Positions 49,629 through 56,685 of a DNA stretch of 64,000 nucleotides are shown in pieces. The notes below the pieces were generated by a model. The model ran no database searches and was not told the origin of the DNA. It was given only the letters and a program-made list of their open reading frames with translations. The translations under genes and the position numbers were made by a program. How positions within the stretch are numbered: the first letter of the stretch is position 1; every line of letters starts with the position of its first letter. The DNA is from Gemmatimonadota bacterium (GTDB lineage: Bacteria > Gemmatimonadota > Gemmatimonadetes > Gemmatimonadales > Gemmatimonadaceae): positions 37,484-101,483 of the forward strand of contig JANMLN010000020.1 of the NCBI GenBank assembly GCA_031372565.1, in the 5' to 3' direction.

Positions 49629-49692
49629 GCGCGCGACGGATCGATCGACGGCACGCGCGGGGGGGCTTCGGCCTCCCCGTAGCTTTGTGCAC

Positions 49693-50610
49693 GTGAATCC
49701 CACCCTGACTACGAGCCGCCGTCGTGGCGGCCAGCTGCCCCCCGCGGCCTGGTACCCCGCCAACGACGCCCGCGCCGAGGCCCGCATCATCGATGCCGGC
49801 GGCGAACGGGTGCGCCTCGTCGAAGCCGGCCCGGCCGACGGACCTCCCGTGCTCCTCGTGCATGGATGGGGATGCTCGGCCTTCGCGTGGCGACATGTCC
49901 TGCCGGCGCTCGCTGCCGCAGGCCACCGCGCAATCGCGGTGGATCTCCGCGGACATGGCCTCTCCGACAAGCCCGACGAGGAGAGCGCGTACACGACCGG
50001 CGCGCTCGTCGCCCACCTCGAGCGGGTGCGCACGGCCCTCGGCATCGGTCGTCACGCCCTGATCGGACATTCGATGGGCGCCGTGCTCGCGCGGGAGCTC
50101 CTGTTCCGCGATGCGCAGCGGATCACGCACGCGGTGCTGGTGTCGCCGGCCGGATTCGGCCGGATTCGACGGCGCGAGATGGGGGTGCTCTTTTCGCCGA
50201 CCTTCGTGACGTCGGTGATTCCGCTCGTCGTCACCCGCAAGGCCGTCGAGCGCTCGATGCGTCACACGTTCGGGCCGAACGGCGAGCCGAGCCCGCGCGA
50301 GATCGAGGACTACTGGGCGCCGTCGCAGTTCGCGTCCTTCGTGCGCGCGAGCCGTCACCTCTTGCACGTGTTCGACTGGGTGCCGCCCGCGCCGCAACTG
50401 TGGCAGAGCGTGGAGCTGCCGCCGATCCTCGCCATCCTCGGCTCGCACGAGCGCCTGCTCGACGCCGAGGCGACCGAGGTGTACCTGGCCGCCCACGTGC
50501 GGCAGGCCCGCGTCGAGGTCGTGGAGGGAGGCGGCCACGCGGTGCAGGAGGATTCGCCGGCGGTGGTGAATCCGATGATCGTGCGTTTCCTGGCCGGCGC
50601 GCGCGGGTAG
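49693..50610 (+). CDS. Alpha/beta hydrolase
   Basis: LVHGW, DLRGHG.S, GHSMG nucleophile elbow, GGH...E; start placed at GTG 49693 from -10 box spacing. Confidence 0.9.
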   Translation: MNPTLTTSRRRGGQLPPAAWYPANDARAEARIIDAGGERVRLVEAGPADGPPVLLVHGWGCSAFAWRHVLPALAAAGHRAIAVDLRGHGLSDKPDEESAYTTGALVAHLERVRTALGIGRHALIGHSMGAVLARELLFRDAQRITHAVLVSPAGFGRIRRREMGVLFSPTFVTSVIPLVVTRKAVERSMRHTFGPNGEPSPREIEDYWAPSQFASFVRASRHLLHVFDWVPPAPQLWQSVELPPILAILGSHERLLDAEATEVYLAAHVRQARVEVVEGGGHAVQEDSPAVVNPMIVRFLAGARG

Positions 50611-50656
50611 GCGCACGGGAGCGGTCGGCGGCGACACCCGCTAGACTCCGTGGTTC

Positions 50657-51817
50657 ATGGCAGACGCTGCGATCACCGACGACGCCCCCCTGTTTACCTC
50701 CCTCGGGCTGGGCGAACACACTCTCCGCGCACTCGCCGATTCCGGCTACGAGCGCCCGACCCCGATCCAGGCGCAGGCGATCCCGCTCGCGCTCAAGGGG
50801 CGCGACGTGATGGGGCTCGCGCAGACGGGCACCGGCAAGACGGCCGCCTTCACGATTCCGATCATCGAGCGACTCGTCGGCGGTCCGCGTCGGTCGCGCG
50901 CGCTCATTCTCACTCCCACGCGCGAACTGTGCGTGCAGGTCGAGGACAGCGTGCGCACCTACGCCAAGTTCGCCGACCTCGATGTCATCTCGGTGTACGG
51001 CGGCGTGCCCTACGAGCCGCAGGAGACCGCGCTCCGCAACGGCGTCGATGTCGTCGTCGCCACGCCGGGGCGGCTCATCGACCACCTCGAGAAGCAGAAC
51101 GTCGTCTTCGACGAACTCGAGGTGCTCGTGCTCGACGAAGCCGACCGGATGCTCGACATGGGCTTTGCGCCGCAGCTCAACCGGATCGTGGCGCAGATTC
51201 CGACCTACCGGCAGACGCTCCTCTTCTCGGCCACCATGCCGCCCGAAGTCGAGGCGCTCGCGCGCAAGTATCTGCGCAAGCCGGTGGTGGTGCAGGTGGG
51301 GCGCCGCTCGAGCGCGGCCACCACGGTGACGCACGCGGTCTATCCCGTGCCACAAGACCGCAAGCACACCCTGCTCGCGCATCTCATCACCGAAGGCAAC
51401 CTCGACACGGTGCTCGTGTTCACGCGCACCAAGTACGGGGCCGATCGCGTGGTGCGCCACCTCAAGGATCAGGGGATCGAAGCGACGGCCATGCACTCCG
51501 ACCGCTCGCAGAAGGAGCGCACGGCGGCCATCGAGGACTTCAAGGCGGGCAAGATCCGCGTGCTCGTGGCCACCGACATCGCGCAGCGCGGCCTCGACAT
51601 CAATGGCATCACGCACGTCATCAACTACGACGTGCCGACGCAGGCCGAGGACTACGTGCACCGGATCGGGCGCACCGGGCGCGCCGCGACCTCGGGAGAC
51701 GCCTACACCTTCATGGCGACCGACGAGATCGGAATGGTCCGTACCATCGAGCACGTGATCGGGCAGAAGATTCCACGCATCTCAATTCCCGGGTACGACT
51801 TCGGGACCCTGGGGTAG
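50657..51817 (+). CDS. DEAD-box RNA helicase (RhlE-like)
   Basis: Q motif PTPIQ, AQTGTGKT, PTREL, DEAD, SAT, HRIGRTGR. Confidence 0.95.
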   Translation: MADAAITDDAPLFTSLGLGEHTLRALADSGYERPTPIQAQAIPLALKGRDVMGLAQTGTGKTAAFTIPIIERLVGGPRRSRALILTPTRELCVQVEDSVRTYAKFADLDVISVYGGVPYEPQETALRNGVDVVVATPGRLIDHLEKQNVVFDELEVLVLDEADRMLDMGFAPQLNRIVAQIPTYRQTLLFSATMPPEVEALARKYLRKPVVVQVGRRSSAATTVTHAVYPVPQDRKHTLLAHLITEGNLDTVLVFTRTKYGADRVVRHLKDQGIEATAMHSDRSQKERTAAIEDFKAGKIRVLVATDIAQRGLDINGITHVINYDVPTQAEDYVHRIGRTGRAATSGDAYTFMATDEIGMVRTIEHVIGQKIPRISIPGYDFGTLG

Positions 51818-52222
51818 CACGCGGCGCCCGGCCGGGTCATCCGGCTGGTTGCGCATGAAGTCCGCCAACTCGTGCAGCCTGGACCTGAGCGCGGCGCGCA
51901 GTGCATCGGGCATCGGCTGCTCCGCCAGCGCGCGATCCATGCACCAGAGCCATTCGTCGCGCTCCCGCGCCCCGATGGCAAAGGGCATGTGCCGCTGCCG
52001 AAGTCGTGGGTGGCCGCGCTGCTCCACATAGGTCTGCGGGCCGCCGGTCCAGAACGACAGGTACAAGAACAGCTTCTCGCGCGACGCCTTGAGGTTCTCG
52101 GCGTGCAGCGCCCGAACGGCTGCCGCTTCGGGTGCGGTGTCCATGAGGTCGTAGAACCGGTCCACCAGACGGTGGATGCCGGCGTCGCCGCCGAGCAGCT
52201 CGTAGTGCGTTGGGGTGGTCAC
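51782..52222 (-). CDS. Group II truncated hemoglobin
   Basis: YELLGG, LVDRFY, GGP..Y....GHPRLR.RH.PF, W..CM; start uncertain. Confidence 0.9.
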   Translation of the reverse strand: MTTPTHYELLGGDAGIHRLVDRFYDLMDTAPEAAAVRALHAENLKASREKLFLYLSFWTGGPQTYVEQRGHPRLRQRHMPFAIGARERDEWLWCMDRALAEQPMPDALRAALRSRLHELADFMRNQPDDPAGRRVLPQGPEVVPGN

Positions 52223-52291
52223 GGTGGTGGGACGGTCGGTGTCATTCCCGGGCACAGGCGCTGCGGGAACTGAGTGCAACCTAGGCGAACT

Positions 52292-52714
52292 CTACCGGAT
52301 GCGCCCCGCGCGCGAGACGGTCACCGTCTCTGCCACCGCGCCGCGGGCGACCACGACGCTCGTGTTGCTTGCCCCCCACCCGAGCCCGATCGGTGAGAAC
52401 GCGATCGAATCTCGCGTGACCCGCAGCCTCACGGCGTCCGCGGCGCCCACCGGGTGCGCGCTCATGCCGCCGGCCGCGTCACCCACACGCAGCATGGCCT
52501 CGGTGGAGTCGATGTACACCGCCACGGGCACGCCCAGCGCCACCGCCCGCTGTCGCGCCAAGCCGAGCGCGGATCGCACGCGCACTGCGGCATGGTGCAC
52601 CACGACACGGTCCGCGATCGCGCGGACGCGCGGCAGCGCCTCGGCCGCGCACACGGCCGCGATCACCAGCACGACCAGCAGTTCGAGCAGGGTGACGCCG
52701 CGGTTCGATCGCAT
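52292..52714 (-). CDS. GspH/FimT-like prepilin protein
   Basis: RGVTLLELLVVLVI N-terminal methylation motif. Confidence 0.85.
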   Translation of the reverse strand: MRSNRGVTLLELLVVLVIAAVCAAEALPRVRAIADRVVVHHAAVRVRSALGLARQRAVALGVPVAVYIDSTEAMLRVGDAAGGMSAHPVGAADAVRLRVTRDSIAFSPIGLGWGASNTSVVVARGAVAETVTVSRAGRIR

Positions 52715-52820
52715 CGATCCAGCTTCGCCTCGGCGCACGCGTCGAGCGTCACCCGAATCACGCCCCCCCGGTCCGGGCCTTGCGGCGCTACTTTCGAGGA
52801 TCCGCTACCGGATGGATGCC

Positions 52821-53075
52821 ATGCGCCGTCGCTTGTTCTCTCTCGCCACCCTCGCCCTCGCGGGCGCCGGGTTTGCCTGTGTCACGCCGCCCACCAAGGG
52901 CGACCTCAACAACACGCAGATGGTCAACGACATGGTCGATGCCGTGAACGACCTCCGCGCGGTCAACAGCGAGATGCGCACCTCGCTCGACTCGCTGCGA
53001 CTGGCGGTGGCGCGGCAGGACACCCTCCTGCGGCAGCTTGCCAACGTGGCGGGGGTGCAGGTGCCGGCGCGATGA
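52821..53075 (+). CDS. Small lipoprotein with coiled coil
   Basis: MRRRLFSL signal with lipobox GFAC; ATGA overlap with the next gene. Confidence 0.7.
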   Translation: MRRRLFSLATLALAGAGFACVTPPTKGDLNNTQMVNDMVDAVNDLRAVNSEMRTSLDSLRLAVARQDTLLRQLANVAGVQVPAR

Positions 53076-53791
53076 CGTTCGTCTACATCGAGGCGATCGC
53101 CGAGGGGTTGCTGGTCATCGGCATGCTGATCTACGGCGCGAGCGAGCTTCGCGCCGCGAACGCAGCCACCGCCAAGTTGGCCGCCGCGGAGGCGCGCTTC
53201 CTCGCGCTCGGCGACAGCTACACGATCGGTGAGCAGGTGGCGCCGACGGATCGATGGCCCGCGCAACTCGCGGCGCTGTTGCGCGCCGGCGGGGTGCCGG
53301 TCGCCGACCCCGAGATCATCGCGACCACGGGCTGGACCACCGATGAACTCAAGGGCGGCATCGCGGCGCGCGATCCCAAGGGGCCGTACGACCTCGTGAC
53401 GCTGCTGATTGGCGTCAACAACCAGTATCGAGGACGCGCGAGTGACCAGTATCGGGGCGAGTTCCGCGCGCTGCTCGCCCAGGCGATCGGCTTCGCGGGT
53501 GGTGTGCCCGCGCGCGTGATCGTCGTCTCGATTCCCGACTGGGGGGTGACCCCCTTCGCAGCGGGCAAGGATCGTGCGCTCATCGGTGCCGCCATCGACA
53601 CCTTCAACGCGATTGGCCGCGACGAGGCAACAGCCGCCGGCGTGCCATTCGTGGACATCACCCCCACCTCCCGTGAGCGCCACGACGCCTGGGAAGCCAC
53701 CGACGGTCTGCATCCGAGCGGCGCGCAGTACTCGGCGTGGGCGCGCCTCGTGCTCCCGGTCGCCCAGCGTGCCTTGGCGCGCCGTCCCTGA
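53072..53791 (+). CDS. SGNH/GDSL hydrolase
   Basis: LGDSYT, GWTT, GVNNQYRG, DGLHP. Confidence 0.9.
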   Translation: MTFVYIEAIAEGLLVIGMLIYGASELRAANAATAKLAAAEARFLALGDSYTIGEQVAPTDRWPAQLAALLRAGGVPVADPEIIATTGWTTDELKGGIAARDPKGPYDLVTLLIGVNNQYRGRASDQYRGEFRALLAQAIGFAGGVPARVIVVSIPDWGVTPFAAGKDRALIGAAIDTFNAIGRDEATAAGVPFVDITPTSRERHDAWEATDGLHPSGAQYSAWARLVLPVAQRALARRP

Positions 53792-53809
53792 CTCTCATCT
53801 CCGACCCGC

Positions 53810-54370
53810 ATGACGACGACCACCGAACGCCTCGCTGCACTCTTCGCCCAGTACTCGTACCGCGAGGGCGACTTCACGCTGTCCTCCGGCGCCAAGAGCA
53901 CCTTCTACCTCGACGCCAAGCAGGTGACCTACCGGCCCGACGGGGTCGCGCTGGTTGGCCAAGCGGTGCTGGAGGCTGCTCGCGATTTCCACGTGAGTGG
54001 CGTGGGCGGACTGACCATGGGTGCCGATGCGATCGTGCTCTCCGCGGTCTGGGCGTCGCAACAGGCGGGCACGCCGCTGTCCGGCTTCATCGTGCGCAAG
54101 GAGGCCAAGGGGCACGGCACGCAGCAGTACGTCGAGGGGGTACACCCCAAGGGGCAGGTCGTCGCGATCGTCGATGACGTGATCACCTCGGGCGGCTCCG
54201 CGCTCAAGGCCGCCGAACGGGTACAGGCGGTGGGCGCCACGGTGGCCGTGATCATCGGACTCGTCGATCGGCTGCAGGGAGGCGGGGCGGCCATCGAGGC
54301 GGCGGGGATCGCGTTCCGGGCCGCCTGCACGATCGACGATGTGCGCGCCGCCTTTCGCAAGTCGTCCTGA
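53810..54370 (+). CDS. pyrE: Orotate phosphoribosyltransferase
   Basis: F.LSSG..S.FY.D, RKEAK.HG, VDDVITSGGS. Confidence 0.95.
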   Translation: MTTTTERLAALFAQYSYREGDFTLSSGAKSTFYLDAKQVTYRPDGVALVGQAVLEAARDFHVSGVGGLTMGADAIVLSAVWASQQAGTPLSGFIVRKEAKGHGTQQYVEGVHPKGQVVAIVDDVITSGGSALKAAERVQAVGATVAVIIGLVDRLQGGGAAIEAAGIAFRAACTIDDVRAAFRKSS

Positions 54371-54432
54371 CCTCGGCGCGTGCGCTGGCGCTCGCGCGCG
54401 CGTCCGCGGACATTTCGAGCATGACAGGCCCC

Positions 54433-54657
54433 ATGCAGATCACGATCGAGTACTGCGTCGTCTGAAGTTACGAACCTCGGGCTGCCGGTCTGGCGGCCGA
54501 ACTGGCGCGTGAGTTTGCTGGCGCGACTATCGACATGATCCCTTCGCAAGGAGGGCGATTCGAGGTCACGCTGGATGGCATGCCGATCTTCCAGAAGTCG
54601 AAGCTTGCGCGCCACGCCCGCCCGGGCGAGGTCGTGCGTCTCATCCGTTCCCGCTGA
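54433..54657 (+). CDS. SelW/SelT/SelH (Rdx family) selenoprotein with in-frame UGA read as Sec
   Basis: MQITIEYCVV-TGA(54463-54465)-SYEPRAAGLAAEL...GGRFEV..DG..IFQK...RHARPGEV; CxxU motif; absent from the ORF track. Alternative in-frame ATG at 54421. Confidence 0.9.
54477..54500 (+). promoter_or_regulatory. Bacterial SECIS hairpin
   Basis: tcgggctgcc-ggtct-ggcggccga stem-loop begins 11 nt after the UGA and has a GGUC apical loop like E. coli fdhF SECIS. Confidence 0.8.
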
Positions 54658-54683
54658 CCGTCCTGTAAACGAAGAGTTCATTC

Positions 54684-55763
54684 ATGCGTATTGCGATTTC
54701 GACTGGGGGCGGTGATGCCCCGGGCCTCAACGCCGTCATCCGTGCCGCCGTCCTCTCCGCATTGGGGCGCGGCTGGGAAGTGCTCGGCATCAAGCGTGGC
54801 TTCGCGGGTCTCATGGGCGACGACGAAGTCGTCGAGCTCACGCGGGCGTCCGTCCGTGGCATCGCCGCACAGGGCGGCACGATTCTCCGCACGACCAACC
54901 GCGGCAGCCCGTTCGCGTACCCGCGCCAGCGCGCCGACGGGACCTGGGAAGAGATCGACCGCTCCGATGAGTTGATCGGCAATGCGCAGCGCTTGGGGAT
55001 CGACGCCATCATCACGATCGGCGGTGACGGCTCGCTCTCCATCGCGCAGCGGCTCTTCGAGAAGGGGGTGCGCATCGTTGGCGTCCCCAAGACCATCGAC
55101 AACGACGTCTCGGGCACGGTGACCACGTTCGGCTTCGACACGGCCGTGAGCACCGCCATCGAGGCGATCGACAAGCTGAAGACGACCGCCGAGAGCCATG
55201 ATCGCGTGCTGGTGCTCGAAGTCATGGGACGGCATGCGGGGTTCATCGCCCTGCATTCGGGGTTGGCGGGCACGGCCGACGTGATTCTCATTCCCGAGAT
55301 TCCGTACGACATTGACGCGGTCTGCCACAAGATCAAGCAGCGCGACGCCAACGGACGGCTCTTCTCGATCGTCGTCGTGGCGGAGGGTGCGGTCCCCAAG
55401 GACGGCGAAGTGACGATCATGGGAGAGTCGCTCCCGGGGCAGGACCGCCGCGTGGGCGGACTCGCGCAGCGACTCGCCTACCAGATCTCCGATCGGACGG
55501 GCAAGGAGTCGCGCTCGCTGGTGCTCGGCCACCTGCAGCGCGGCGGCATGCCCACGGGCTACGACCGCCTGCTCGCGACCCGCTTCGGCGGCGCGGCGGT
55601 GCGTGCCGTCGCGGAGGGCAAGTGGGGGCACATGGTCGCCCTGCAGACGCCGCACATCGTCACCGTGCCGTTCACCGAAGCGCTGGCGGGTCCCAAGATG
55701 GTAGACCCGAAGCATGACATCGTGCAAACCGCGCGCGCGGTGGGTATTTCGTTCGGCGACTGA
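54684..55763 (+). CDS. pfkA: 6-phosphofructokinase
   Basis: GGDAPGLN, GGTIL.T, GGDGS, PKTIDND, EVMGR, LGHLQRGG. Confidence 0.94.
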   Translation: MRIAISTGGGDAPGLNAVIRAAVLSALGRGWEVLGIKRGFAGLMGDDEVVELTRASVRGIAAQGGTILRTTNRGSPFAYPRQRADGTWEEIDRSDELIGNAQRLGIDAIITIGGDGSLSIAQRLFEKGVRIVGVPKTIDNDVSGTVTTFGFDTAVSTAIEAIDKLKTTAESHDRVLVLEVMGRHAGFIALHSGLAGTADVILIPEIPYDIDAVCHKIKQRDANGRLFSIVVVAEGAVPKDGEVTIMGESLPGQDRRVGGLAQRLAYQISDRTGKESRSLVLGHLQRGGMPTGYDRLLATRFGGAAVRAVAEGKWGHMVALQTPHIVTVPFTEALAGPKMVDPKHDIVQTARAVGISFGD

Positions 55764-55765
55764 CT

Positions 55766-55844
55766 GTCGTCCTGAGCGAAGCGAAGGACCTGCTTGTCCT
55801 TCACGTGCGGCGAACAGCAGGTCCTGCGCTACGCTCAGGACGAC
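55766..55844. repeat. REP-like long palindrome (29-bp arms, 2 mismatches, 21-nt spacer)
   Basis: 55766-55794 gtcgtcctgagcgaagcgaaggacctgct pairs with 55816-55844 agcaggtcctgcgctacgctcaggacgac. Confidence 0.85.
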
Positions 55845-55913
55845 GATCGACGGAACCTCGCCCTCGCGTCGGGGTTCCACTCTCCGTACCGATCCACCTA
55901 GCTTCTCCAGTTG

Positions 55914-56633
55914 ATGAATCGCCGCGTCACCCTCCTTGCCATCGCCATCGTGTTCGCTGCCCCCCTCGGGGCGCAAACGGCGCGCGTCGACGATGTCCCC
56001 ACCGGCTACCTCCCGCCCGCCGGGATGTGCCGCGTCTGGGTGGATGGCGTGCCCGCCGCGCAGCAGCCCGCTCCCACCGACTGCAATTCGGCCATGCGCT
56101 CGCGGCCGGCCAAGTCGCGCGTCCTCGTCGGGGAGGGACTTCCCTCCGGTAGCCTCCCCTCGAGCGGCTACTCCGGTGGCAACAGCTTCGCCGGTAATCC
56201 GACCGGGAGCGCACGCTATGTGCGGGCGCCCTTCGCGGACGCCGATGATCGGCGCCGCGTGGGCGGCGAACTCTGCCTCGATGCCGATCACGACGGCAGC
56301 TGCGACGATTCCGCGCCCGGCGTGGCCGGCTGCCTCGACGCCAACCGCGACGGCAAATGCGACGACGCGCGCCGCGACGTTCCGGCCATGATCGACGCCG
56401 GCGCCTTCCGCGCCGGTAGCGCGCTGGGTGGCATCTGCATCGACCGGAACCGCGACGGCAAGTGCGACGAGACCTGGCTCTCGGCCGACGTATGCCTCGA
56501 CCGTGACGGCGATGGCAAGTGCGATTCGCCGGCAGCGGCGGTCGTGAAGCCCGCCGAGGCAGCGACCGTACGGGCTGAGCCGGCATCGCCAGCCGCCGAC
56601 AAGTCGCGCAAGAAGCCGCAGCGCCCCGAGTAG
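55914..56633 (+). CDS. Secreted protein with four Cys-flanked DxDxDG Ca-binding-like repeats
   Basis: Signal peptide, LPPAGMCRVW..G.P...QP.PTDC, and four CxDx[DN]xDGxCD repeats. Confidence 0.8.
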   Translation: MNRRVTLLAIAIVFAAPLGAQTARVDDVPTGYLPPAGMCRVWVDGVPAAQQPAPTDCNSAMRSRPAKSRVLVGEGLPSGSLPSSGYSGGNSFAGNPTGSARYVRAPFADADDRRRVGGELCLDADHDGSCDDSAPGVAGCLDANRDGKCDDARRDVPAMIDAGAFRAGSALGGICIDRNRDGKCDETWLSADVCLDRDGDGKCDSPAAAVVKPAEAATVRAEPASPAADKSRKKPQRPE

Positions 56634-56685
56634 CGCGCGCGTCGCGACTGGCGCGCGCGGCACGTCCGGGTCGTATCTTCCGCGC

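Noticed and set aside
53929..54681. 250-aa minus-strand ORF
   Set aside because: Antisense shadow of pyrE and the selenoprotein gene; no recognisable motifs.
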